A DNA stretch of 64,000 bases from Phaeosaccion multiseriatum (GCA_965112735.1 OZ218952.1:4960001-5024000), one strand, 5' to 3'; shown: positions 1 through 11,834, counted from the first letter of the stretch. Program-made: numbers and translations. Notes: generated by a model from the letters alone, not told the origin.

Positions 1-99
1 ATCCGTGCTGCTCAGAGGCGCCGTCGCCCCATCATCATCCTCAACGGTACCTCCCTTCATAATAGAGGACACGCGCCGCTGCAGCGGGATGCCTTGCAT
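1..99 (-). CDS. possible 5' end of a gene running off the left edge
   Basis: ATG at 99 opens a frame (MQGIPLQRRVSSIMKGGTVEDDDGATAPLSSTD) that stays open to base 1, head-to-head with Twinkle as for other pairs in this window. No recognisable domain. Confidence 0.3.
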   Translation of the reverse strand, partial: MQGIPLQRRVSSIMKGGTVEDDDGATAPLSSTD

Positions 100-295
100 C
101 TCAAGGGCAACGCCCAGCGGCCTCCTCTCAGGAGCAATCACAGAAAAGTCGAGGAAGCAAGCTCATTTCAAGTAGCGTTGCCTACTCAAGACAAGACCTT
201 ATCCGAGGTGATGCGAGGGAGCTGCGTAGCTATTCGATGCGCACTCTATTGAGGTTGGTTAAGCAGCCGGGCAGCGAGAGAAGGAGGCGTGGAAT

Positions 296-3200
296 ATGTC
301 AATGGCCCAGGCGTATACGATCCAGTCGCGAGAAGGGCAGAAGTGGAAAACCCGAATGATGAAGACGATGCACTGTCGCAGAGGAGGGCAGCGACTCGTG
401 TCTATTCTCTCCCAGGCTCCCACGGGAGGGGGGAGGCGTCTGTGCAGCAGCAGCGGAGGGCTTGCAGCGGCCGCAGGGCCTGGGGCGGGTGCGTCCACCC
501 CTTCGAATCCTGCCCCAGGATGTGCTTCGGGCCAGGAGAGGGGCTGCTCTTCGCGAGCAGAGGGGGAGACGAGGGAGGGGCAGAGGGGATACGGCAGCGT
601 GTATAGCGGCGGTGGAAGTAGTACTGGTAGCACTGATGGTGGTGACAGGAGGAGGAGTCGAAGGAGGCCAAGGTCGTCTGGGCAAGGCACACAGGATACC
701 GTCGGCGACAGGCTCGAGACAAGTGCAGCAGCGACGAGGGGGCGAGGAGCAGAGTGGTCCGGAGATACATATCCCCGCCGCCATTATCACGCCCTCGCGC
801 ACGGAATCGGGGGCGGTTCTCGCGGCTTTAGCAGCAAGAGCAGCCCCGCTCTCCACTCAGAGGCGCAGGCCAGCGCCTTTGTAAGTAAGCACTTTGTCCT
901 GGAGCCGGAGGAGATCACGGAATACCTCGATTCCCGTGGAGTTGACTACAAAGTCGTGTCGGTATGTGCGGGGGAGGAGTGCGGAGGGAAGGCTCTGCCC
1001 ATCCCTTTAGATTGACTAGGATAACCAGAGAGAAAGAGTTTGCCATAAAAGAGGAGAGACAGAGAAAGAGAGCCGTTGTCCCTCGACCACCTACCCACCA
1101 GACACTCCCCGCTGTGCTGTATCTAAACAGGGAGAAGCGCAGCTCAAGGAGTGCCCCTACTGCCACGAGACGCGAGGGATGATCGACAACCTCTGGAAGC
1201 TCTACGTGGGGCTGCATAAGGGTGGCGCCTTTTACTGCCATCGCTGCGGCAGTAAGGGCTCCTGGTTCGACTTCAAGCGGGCCATGGGGGGCATAAGCGT
1301 GAGCTCGAGTGTCAGCTTGATGGGCAAGGTGAGGCGGTCGGTGTCCTGTACATGTGTGTGTGTGTGTGCGTGCGTGTGTGCGTGTGTGTGTGTGTGTGTG
1401 TGTGCGTGTGTGAGAGAGAGAGTGTGTGTATGGAGGGAGGGGGGGAGGGCATAAGGATTTTTGTGTGATGTGTTCAGTCCCCATTCCTTTTGTGAGGTAC
1501 ACAGAGAGGGAGGGGGGTGGAATGTTGAGGTATAGTCTGTCGCCAGAGGCTCTTTCGTCGAGCAGAGAGAGAGGACGGACACACACACAGCGGAGACGAT
1601 GGCCCGAAACACTTGCTTGCGGGGACGGCTCTCTTCTCGCTCGATCCAAGCAAAGGCCATACATTCAGATGGAGAGAGACAACGCGGGCGAGAGAGAGAG
1701 GAACGGAGAGGGAGAAGGAGGGGGAGGGGGAGGGAGAGGAAGAGGGAGGGGGAAGGAGGCACATCACTCCACCCCCCCGTCTCCATTGAATTGGATTGAA
1801 TCGTTGCTTGCGGGGACGGCTCTCTTCTCGCTCGATCCAAGCAAAGGCCATACATTCAGATGGAGAGAGACAACGCGGGCGAGAGAGAGAGGAACGGAGA
1901 GGGAGAAGGAGGGGGAGGGGGAGGGAGAGGAAGAGGGAGGGGGAAGGAGGCACATCACTCCACCCCCCCGTCTCCATTGAATTGGATTGAATCGAATCCA
2001 ATCTGTGATTCATCTCCTACCCCGCTCGCTCTCCTCCTCTCCACCCCTGTATCACCAACACCCACCCCTGCAGCCCCGAGCGCCTCTGTCGAAGGCGTCG
2101 TCCTCCTCCTCTGCGGCCCGTGCCCTCCACAAGCAGCAGCGAGCCGCGGGTGTATTCCCTCTGCCCGACCAAGTGGCGGCGCGTCGCTACCAAGCGGACC
2201 TGCTGTACAACCCTGCCTACGCCAAGGTAACGCTCGTAACGCTCGTAACGCTCGTAACGCACGGGATGGGCTACAGTACTCAAGGGCAGGGGACTCCACC
2301 TCTAAACCCAAACCCTTCCACCTATCCCTTTAACAACCCTACCTCTACAACTTGTCTCCTCCCTCCAAGGTCAAGGACGAGCTCGTTAAGGGCAGGGGCC
2401 TCAGCCTTGAGGTGCTCATCAAGTATGGCATGGGGGCGGGCAGGTTCAGCTTCGCAGAGAAGGTAAGAGAGAGAGGAGTTGGGGCATGAATGGGTTGCCT
2501 ATTGCGTACGGGTGGTTACGTGAGGATGGCCGTTACAGAGGGGGAGGGCGTTCCAATAGATGAGATGAGAAGTTTTGCAGTTTGCAGTTTGCAGTTTGTG
2601 TGACCTCATCAATATCGAACACCAAAAACGGAGAAGAGGGGAAAGGGGCCATAAGTCAATGAAGGCGAGTGAGCATCGAGCTGTCGAGTCGCATGACTTG
2701 GACACACACTGACGTTCGTTATTGTACCTGCCATACCTCCTCCTTCCCCTCGTCCTCCCCCGCGTGCTCCTCCTCCTCCTCCTCCTCCTCCTCCTCCTCC
2801 TCCTCCTCCTCCTCCTTCCCCTCGTCCTCCCACTCGTCCTCCTCCTCCTACTACTACTACTACTACTTCCCCTCATCCTCCCCCCCCTCCTGCTCCTCCC
2901 CCTCCCCCCTCCTCCTCCTCCTCCTCCTCCTCCTCCTCTCTCCTCCTCCTCCTCAGGACAACAAATACGTGTCTACCGACTGCTACACGTTCCCCTGGGT
3001 GATGCGCACGGAGGAACTTCCCCATGGAGAGGTGGCTAAGGCTAACTCGGTGCTGCAGGGGGCGGGCAAGGAGAAGGTGCTGGACAGTGTGGTGACACGC
3101 GTCAAGGCAAGGGCCGTCGCCAACAAGGCCTGGCAGAGGCTGGACCCCGCCGGGGGAAGGTAAGGAGGGAGGGAGGGAGGGATGGAGGGAGGGAGGGAGG

Positions 3201-6200
3201 GAGGGAGGGAGGGAGGGAGACGGAGGGCGGGAGAGCGAGGAGACAGCGAGACAGCGAGACAGCGAGACAGCGAGACAGCCGGGAGGGAGGCGGGGGTGGC
3301 GCACGGCGGGGAAGGCCAACAGATGGACAAATAGCCAACAGATGGACAAATAGATATGCAGCCAGGCATACGTACAAACAGACAGGCAGGCAGACAGACA
3401 GACAGGCAGACAGACAGGCAGACGGACAGACGGGCAGGGGGGCTTGACGCTTGACATGACGGTGGAGATGATGCAATCGCCCGATCGAAGTGCTCACTCA
3501 AAGTCTCCTCTTTTCTGTTCTGGTCTGGTCTGTATCACCAACGGCTGTGCTCTGCTCTGCTCCGTCGCCAGGTGGGGGCTGTTCGGGTACCACACGGTGC
3601 CTGCAGAGGCCACAGAGGTGGTGCTCACGGAGGGAGAGTTCGACGCTATGGCGGTGTTCCAAGCCACAGGCCTGCCCGGTGAGTCAGTCAAGGAGTGAGT
3701 GAGTGAGTGAGTGAGTGAGGAAGTGAGGGAGGGAGTGAGTGAGGGAGGGAGTGAGGGAGTGAGTGAGTGAGGAAGTGAGGGAGTGAGTGAGTGAGGGAGT
3801 GAGGGAGTGAATGAGGGAGTGAGAGAATGAGTGAATGAGTGAGTGAGGGAGTGAGTGAGGAAGTGAGGGAGTGAGGGAGTGAGTGAATGAGTGAGGGAGT
3901 GAGTGAGGGAGTGAGGGAGTGAGTGAGTGAGTGAGTGAGTGAGGGAGTGAGAGAATGAGTGAATGAGTGAGTGAGGGAGTGAGTGAGGAAGTGAGGGAGT
4001 GAGGGAGTGAGAGAATGAGTGAGGGAGTGAGTGAGGGAGTGAGGGAGTGAGGGAGTGAATGAGGGAGGAGTTGAGGTAGTGATGAGTGCCTGATTGCGTG
4101 AAGGGCGGTGGCAACGCTCCCCTCTTCTCTGCAGTGGCCACGACAGGGCAACAGACGTACCCCCTAACACCCATCCTCTCCTCTCCTCTCCACCTGTTGT
4201 CCCTCTCCTCTCCTCTCCACCTGTTCTCCCTATCCTCTCCTCTCCACCTGTTCTCCCTCTCCTCTCCTCTCCACCTGTTGTCCCTCTCCTCTCCTCTCCA
4301 CCTGTTGTCCCTATCCTCCTCTCCACCTGTTGTCCCTCTCCTCTCCTCTCCACCTGCCTCCCTCTCCTCTCCTCTCCACTTGTTCTCCCTCTCCTCTCCT
4401 CTCCACCTGTTCTCCCTCTCCTCTCCTCTCCACCTGTTGCCCCTCTCCTCTCCTCTCCACCTGTTGTCCCTCTCCTCTCCTCTCTCCCCGTTTGCCCGCC
4501 TGCCCCACGTGCGTTCCCCCCCCTTGGACTCCCACCATCCCCCTGTATGACCAACTGCTGTACCTCACATGCCCAGCCGTGTCCCTCCCCAGCGGCTGCC
4601 GCAACTTGCCTGTCGACGTGCTGCCCCTCCTCGAACGCTTCGACAAGGTGTGTGCCTGGTGCCGTTGTGGTGTGTATCTGCTGCCGTTGTGGTGTGTGCC
4701 TGCTGCCGTTGTGGTGATTATTGACGTATTCTTCGTTACAGAAATTAGAAATTGAGTACTTACAGTCCAGTTGTTAACTTACTCAGTCAGTTGTTCCTTA
4801 CGTAATCTTACGTAATCTTGTTCCACAAAGGTGTATCTGTGGATGGACAACGACCTTCCCGGGCAGGACGGGGCACACAAGTTCGTGGAAAAGCTCGTAA
4901 GTCAGTAAGTCAGTGGGCGGGGGGAGGAGGGGAAGGAAGGAAGGAAGGAGTGGGGAAGTGAGCGCTTCGGCCGTTATTGCCCGGCCCATCTCTCTCTCAC
5001 TCTCCCTCTCTCTCACTCTCTCACTCTCTCACTCTCTCTCTCTCTCTTCTCTATCCCTCTCTCTCTCCGTCTCCCTCTCCTCACTCTCTCTGTCTCCCTC
5101 TCCCTCTCTCTCACACACACACTCTCTCTCTCTTCCCTCTCTCTCTCTCACACACACACACTCTCTCTCTCCTCTCTCTCACTCCCTCTCTCTCTCTCCT
5201 CTCTCTCTCTCTCACACACACCCTCTCTATCCCGCCCTATCCTATCTCTCTCCCTCTCTTTCTCCCTCTCCCTCTCCTCACTCCCTCTCCTCACTCCCTC
5301 TCCTCCCTCCCTCTCCTCCCTCCCTCTCCCTCTCCCTCTCTCCACACACCCCAGGGCAAGCGTCGCTGTCTGTTGGTGACACCCCCTCCCTCAGACCCGT
5401 CCCCGGCCAAGGACGCGAACGAGGCCCTCTTGGCGGGAAAGGACCTCATGTCGTACATCGCCCACAGCAAGGTGAGCGGTTGGTGCTCCACCGAGTGCCG
5501 CCAGGCCCGAGGTTTCATTTCAGTTTCAGTTTTATTAGAGAGGTTGACGGAGAAGGCCATTGTGGACCGCAGGCTGTGTGGCTGCAACGCAGGCTGGAGG
5601 CAGAGGCAGCTCTTGTTCTCTTGCGAAAGAGAGAAGGGACACTCCCTCTAGTGCTGTCTTCATGTTTGACGCCAACTGCTGTTGCTGCCCCTGTATCACC
5701 AACTGCTGCAGCCGGTCGCCAACGAGAATGTGTTGAACTTCGGAGACCTCCGCAATGAGGTGCTGAATGAGCTCCTCAACGCCGACAACTTCAGAGGAGT
5801 GCCCATCTCCTCCTTTCCCTGTGAGTGGAGGGGTGGGGGGGGGGGGGAGGAGGGAGGAAGGGAGGGAGAGAAGGGGGGAGGGAGAGGGATAGGAAGGGAG
5901 GGAGGGAGGGAGGGAGTGAGGGAGAGAGGGGGGGAGTGAGAGAGAGAGACAATAGAGAAAGAAGAGAAAGACAATACGAGACAGAAGAGAGAGGCGGTAA
6001 GAGAGAAAGGGAGAGAGACGTGGACCGAGAGAGGCCATCTCGAGAGAGCTGTGAAGTGAAGTGAAGCCCCACCGCTTTCGTCCCGTCCCTCAGCCATCTC
6101 ATCGCCTGCCCATATGCCTGCCCATATGCCTGCCCATATGCCCGCCCCAGCCGTGTCTCGCATTATCAAGGGCTTCAGACAGGGGGAGGTGTCTGTCCTG

Positions 6201-8681
6201 ACGGGCCCCACCGGCAGCGGCAAGACCACGCTCCTCTCGCAGTTCTCGCTGGACATGGCGCAGCAGGGGCAGAACACTCTGTGGGGCAGCTTCGAGGTCC
6301 GTCCTGACACCACACCCACTCACCCTCTCTGTCCTGACACCTACCCACCCTCTGTCCTGACACCCACCCACCCTCTGCCCTGACACCCACCCACCCTCTG
6401 TCCTGACACCCACCCACCCTCTGTCCTGACACCCACCCACCCTCTGCCCTGACACCCACTCACCCCCATGTTTATAAAGGTGAAGAACACGAGGCTCATC
6501 ACCAAGATGTTGCAGCAGTTCTCGCTCAAGCCTCTGGTGAGGGCAGGCAGGCAGGCAGGCAGGGAGGGAGGGAGGGATGGAAGGAGAGAGGGAGGGAGTG
6601 TGGGAGGGGAGGAGGGAAGCGAGGGAGAGAGAGAGGGAATGGGGGCAGTCATCCATCCAGTCAGCCACTGTGTCAGTCAGTCAGTCAGTCAGTCAGTCAA
6701 GCTTCAAAAGCCTGGTGCTCGGCGACGCGCGAACGATGAGCCCGTCCCAACCCCTCCTTTTTCCCCTCCCCCTCTCCAGTCCCGACAGCCCCCACCCTAT
6801 CCGTCCTGACCCCCCCCCCCCCCCCTTGTCCTCCCCTCCTCTCCTCTGTGGCCCCTCCCCCTCCTCCACCCCCCGGACCAGGCCGATGTTATTTCAACCC
6901 ACCCCGACGCCCTCTCTGCCCTCGCGGATCGCTTCCAGGAGCTGCCCCTCTTCTTCCTCAACTTCCACGGAGGCACAGATGTCGACGCCGTGCTTGACGC
7001 GTTGGACTACGCCGTCTATGTCAATGATGTGCGCCACATCATCGTGGACAATTTGCAGTTTATGCTTAGTAGGACGGGAGTGAGGGGGAGGGCAGCGCAG
7101 CAGTACGACAAGTTCGACACGCAGGTGGGTTAGAGGCGTATGAGGTTGGGGCCGAGTGTCAGGACAGAGGGGGGGGGTGGTCCCCCCTGGGCCGACTGTC
7201 TTGCCTCCTCACTTCCCTCACATACTTACCCACTCTTTCACTCACTCACTCACTCACTCACTCACTCACTCACTCACTCACTCACATGCTTGATGACTTG
7301 TACTTGTATCAATGACTTACTCTATTCGTATTCAGGACCTTGCGCTGGAGAAGTTCCGCAAGTTCGCCACCGAGAGGAACGTGCACATCACGTTGGTGAT
7401 ACACCCCCGGAAGGAGGACGAGAACGCCAAGCTCAGCCTAGCCAGTGTATTCGGGAGGTAAGGAGTCAAGTGTCGGGGGGGGGGAGGGGGAGGGGGGTTG
7501 TCGAGGGGAGGGGAGCAGGTACGTACGGGGAAGACACACGCACACACTCGCACGGGTGAAGAGATGGAAAGGGTGTGGCCTTGGCATCGGCATGCTCTGC
7601 ATCGGCTCCATCACCGGCCCCATCACTGGCCCCATCATCGGCCCCATCATACGCCCATCATACGCCCATCATTCGCCCTACATAGCGGCCTGGCGTTGTC
7701 TTTGAGTGAGGGAGGGGAGGGCAGTGGAGGGAAGGAGGAGGGGATGGCAGTGGAGGGAAGGAGAAGGGGATGGCAGTGGAGGGAAGGAGGAGGGGATGGC
7801 AGCGGAGGGAAGGAGGACTCAACATGGTGTTGTAACCGCTTGAGTTCCTGCTTTTCATCCGTATGAGTTGGAGTTTGCACTTTGTCTTACGTACGCCCTT
7901 ACGTACGCCCTCCATCACACGACGAAACGCTCTCCCCTCTCCCCCCACTTCTGCCCCACTCACGCACGCACCCACACATCCTTCCCTTCTCTCTATCCAC
8001 TTGTCCCTCCCCACGTATTCCACCTCCCTATCTGACTTTTCTATCTATCTACCTATGTGTCTACCTATCTGTCCATCTACCTATCTGCCCATCTACCTCC
8101 GTGTGTACTGTCCCTCCTGTCAGCGCCAAGGCCACTCAGGAGGCCGATCTCGTGCTCGTCTTGCAGAAGGCTGATGGGAGGAAGTCTCTCGAGGTGAGCA
8201 TGTTGGTTCTTCGCTCAGACCCGACCCTTCCCTTCCTTCCCTTCCTTCCCTACCCGATGGTTCTTCAACTCTCGAACCCCGGTGGTGCTGACCCCGGTGG
8301 TGCTGACCCCGGTGGTGCTAACGCTGGTGGTGCTGCTCCAATCCCCCAGGGTCCTTCCCCATGAGGGGAGAGGGGGGGGGCAGGGCCCCAGGGGGGTAGG
8401 GCGGGCACAGTGGTGCTGCTTCCCCCTTGCCGTGTTGCTTCTGTTCTTATTCTTATTCGGCCATACAGAGCTGCAGCTTGTCGCCTGCAATACCCTGCCC
8501 TGGCCTTGACCCATGCAAGGCAATGCAATGCCCAATGTCCTGCAAATGTCCTGCAAATGTCCTGCAGGTGAAGAAGAACCGCTACGACGGAGACCTTGGC
8601 GAAGTGTATCTGTATTTCGAGAAGGAGAGCAGCTCCATGCGGGAGAGCAAGCTAAGGGGAGCGACACAGAAGGCGCCTTAG
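296..8681 (+). CDS. TWNK: Twinkle-type organellar DNA primase-helicase, 16 exons
   Basis: Exons 296-961, 1131-1328, 2074-2226, 2370-2462, 2957-3159, 3572-3678, 4577-4647, 4831-4896, 5355-5471, 5712-5820, 6151-6296, 6480-6536, 6882-7124, 7336-7457, 8124-8193, 8568-8681 join in frame with GT-AG ends. Motifs: Zn finger [34 protein letters not shown], Walker [44 protein letters not shown]. The start could instead be the Met at 356. Confidence 0.93.
1613..1994. repeat. 191-bp tandem duplication in Twinkle intron 2
   Basis: 1613-1803 is repeated essentially identically at 1804-1994 (ttgcttgcggggacggctctc...gaattggattgaatcg). Confidence 0.9.
3693..4065. repeat. (GAGT/GAGG)n microsatellite in Twinkle intron 6
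   Basis: Direct reading: degenerate gagt/gagggagt array. Confidence 0.9.
4175..4487. repeat. ~27-bp pyrimidine-rich minisatellite in Twinkle intron 6
   Basis: Unit about CTCTCCTCTCCTCTCCACCTGTTGTCC, repeated roughly 11 times. Confidence 0.85.
4990..5345. repeat. (CT)n/(CA)n compound microsatellite in Twinkle intron 8
   Basis: Direct reading. Confidence 0.85.
6300..6465. repeat. ~22-bp minisatellite filling Twinkle intron 11
   Basis: Unit about CTGTCCTGACACCCACCCACCCT, about 7 copies starting just after the donor. Confidence 0.85.
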
Positions 8682-10182
8682 CTGAGCTGAGCTGAGCTGA
8701 GCTTGGGTTGTTCAGAGGCACATGGCAGTCGCATGGCTGCTCCTGCGCTCAGCTTGCCACAGCCTACCTTATGTGGTGACAGAAGGCACTAGAAGGCAGC
8801 TTAGCTTACGGGGTATAGGCACAGCTTACCTTACGTGGTTGTGTGTGACACAGAAGGGTCTGAGTGAGCTTAGCTTGGCTGAGCTTATCCCAGGTCAATC
8901 TTCAGAGGCGGTAAGCCAAGACAAGCCAAGACAAGGCAAGACAAGGCAAGTGGCGACCGCCTGCCTGGCTGCTGACTGCCTGGCTGCTGACTGCCTGGCT
9001 GCTGACTGCCTGGCTGCTGACTGCCTGGCTGGCCCGGGGGGGGGGAGAGTCGGAGAGGGGGACCCGAAGATGGATGAAGGGCGGGGGCTCTTTGTCATCG
9101 GGTACCATCCCATGGAGGGGGGGCATGAAGCCCTTCTGCCATCTGTGAGTCAGAGCAATAGTATCAACGATAGAGCGATATTCAAAAAGATGCGATAGAT
9201 AGTGAAATAAAGAGACGCCTCTGGGCCCCTTTTGAGGAGCTTCTTCGGTGCCTCTCACTCAGAGGTCCTCCTGCTTTCGCCTCCCTCCCATGTACAAGTA
9301 GTCTCAAGTCGTACAACGCGTCTCCCCTCTAGTCCAGTCCATCGCCCACCAAGCCCCCAATTACCACCTCCCCGAGGCCTCTCTCGCTCTCTCACTGACT
9401 TATGCCCCGCCCCCCTCTACAGAGCCCCTCTCCTCCTCTCGAAGCGCTATTGAAAAGGGTTCGAAGGGCTTGCCACATGACCATACGATATGACCACAGC
9501 GAGCGGCGCCCCTTCCTTCTTGTTTGCCTCTCGTCTGTTGAGCTGTTGCCTCCTGCCGTCACAGGAGCAAGCACCACGAAACTGAAACTAAGCCCCACGA
9601 AGCATCAACGGGTCTCTCTCGACCTGACGGACGCCCCTTGCTTGACGGCAGTGAGGTCAATCAAATGGGATGGCAGTGGATGGTGGACACGTCACGCTGA
9701 GCATAACACCGCCGTTCCGTAACTGCCATACACCGCCATTCCGTAACTGCGGTCCCACTGGCCCCAACGGCCCGGGGTGTCCATTGCTTCCCGTCCCATT
9801 GTCGAGTGAAGTAAAAGGAAGGAAGGAAGGAAGGAAGGAAGGAAGGAAGGAAGGAAGCGAGGCTCTGGAAGGCTCTCAGCGAAGAGAGACAAAGGTACTC
9901 GGCACGGCAGAGCTTCCTTGCTCCTCTCCTGCCTGCCTGCTTCGCGGGGCCAGGGTGCGACTGCCATCGACTGCCATCGACTGCCATCGACTGCCATCGA
10001 CCACAAGCCCAGCCACACGACACGGCCCCACCTCACCCCAGCAAGTATGACATGTCCCCATACTCCTCAAGGGAGGGAGGGAGGGAGGGACGGAGGCCTG
10101 CCTCTCCGTACCGGCTCCTGGCTCCTCCCCGCTGCTTTCATGGACGTCTCACACTCGCTGCCCGTGCGCTTGACTCATTGAC

Positions 10183-11454
10183 TTAAACCGTTTGGGTGCC
10201 CTCCAGCGCTCCAGTGGCCTCTATGAGCTGCTCCGTGGCAGTGGCGAACTCCTGGAACTTGTGCTCGTCCCTGTGACATGAACAACCAACGTGTGAGTCG
10301 GGCACAAGAGAGATGAGCCTTCCCTCCGTCTCAGATGAAGCCGAGCAGGCAGGGCAGGCAGACAAGCAACCAGACAACACACCACACCCCTCCCCTTCAC
10401 TCACTTCGGGACGCCCTTGTCTCCGTGCTTGTACATGACGGCGAGGTTGTAGCATGCGGGCGCGTGCATCTTGGCGCAGGCCATCTCCAGCAGCCGCTTG
10501 GCCCGGAGCGGGTCCCTCGGCACATACATTTTCTCCTTTTCAGTCTTGAGCAGCTCCGAGGCAAGCGTGTAGCAGCTCTCCGGGGTCTGATCGTCGCACG
10601 CCTTCTGCAGCAGCGCGAGGGCGCCGTGCGGGTCCTTGGGAACGTCCTTGATGCCCGCGAGCAGCATCATGGCGGCGTGGTGGCAGGACTGCGCGTGGCT
10701 CGGGTCGGCCTTGCAGCCCACCTGTTCAGTTCGGTTCAGTGCAGTGCAGTACAGTTCAGAATTGGACCTTGGGCAATAAATGATGTCGATGTGAGGAACT
10801 CTAAAACACAAGTCTCACGCACATACGTCTCTGCCGACCTGAAAGAGTTTGTAGGCCTCCAAGTTGCTCTGCGGCACACCCTTGCCGCCCAGGTTCAGTC
10901 GGCCCAGGTTGAAGGCCGACGGCGCATGGTTGTACCTGCACGGCAGAGCAGCCAAAGCAACATGCACACACGAACACAGACAGACGACACAACATAGAAC
11001 GGAACGCACAAGCGTTGTGGAAAGAACGAGGTGAATGGAAGAAGGGCTACCATTCTTCATCACGGCGAAAATCTTCTTCGATTCTTATTAAAGAGCCAGG
11101 GCACACACACACATATATACATACACACATACACGCACATACCTGTCTACGTTCTGCCTGTACACTTTGGCGGCTTGCGTCCAGTCAGAGCGAACCACCG
11201 ACAAGAACTCCCCCACGCTGTGACACGCCACGGCATCGCCCTTGCCCTCGTCGCAGTCCGAGGCAAACTCGGTCATCCTGGGGGGGGAGGGGGCGATTGG
11301 GCAGTCGAGCCGCGTCAAAGCAGGAGCAGAGCAGGACAGAGAGGGAGAGGCAAGGAGAAGATATGGCATGTGGCAGAGCGGGAGAACAGGTCCAACTGTG
11401 CGGCTCTCACTTGTCTTCATAATCTTCGTCGATCGGCTCCGGGCTCATCATCAT
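10183..11454 (-). CDS. COA7: Sel1-like repeat protein, COA7-like, 5 exons
   Basis: Exons 11454-11411, 11277-11143, 10935-10839, 10721-10405, 10270-10183 in frame. Cys-paired Sel1 repeats (FASDCDEGKGDAVACHSVGEF, KACDDQTPESCYTLA, MACAKMHAPACYNLAVMYKHGDKGVPKD) typical of COA7/Hcp-like proteins. Confidence 0.75.
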
Positions 11455-11834
11455 TGCGTCCTGTCCTCCTGTATGGAAAGGTGTGGGTCTCTGTCTGGAT
11501 ATTGTGTTTGCCTTTTTTGAGCATATAATTAATTGTTTGAGGTGTTGAGATCGTGGTGAGGGCTCTGATCCCTCTGGTGCCATCTGTGCTGGTGATGAAC
11601 CCCCAAGGGGCTGGGCTGCGACCAGCAGAAGCCAGTCACGCGAAAGCCGAGAATCCAGCGTTGGCCTGCGGACAGAAGCCTGAAGCCAGGAGGGGGCTAC
11701 GGCCCAGAAGCCAGGAGCCAGAGAAATCTGGCGGGGGGGCGAGCGAAGGGCACCAGGTTCCCTCCTTCTTCCCACTTGATTTACCCACTACTACAAGTGT
11801 GGTACGATAAAAAGGGGAAGCCTTAACTCTTAAG

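Noticed and set aside
3494-4755. Overlapping 140-290 aa ORFs (SLTH, GGEERR repeats)
   Set aside because: They arise from intronic micro- and minisatellites of Twinkle intron 6.
8700-10180. Short ORFs and small tandem repeats between Twinkle and the Sel1-repeat gene
   Set aside because: No coherent gene model; consistent with convergent 3' UTRs and simple repeats.
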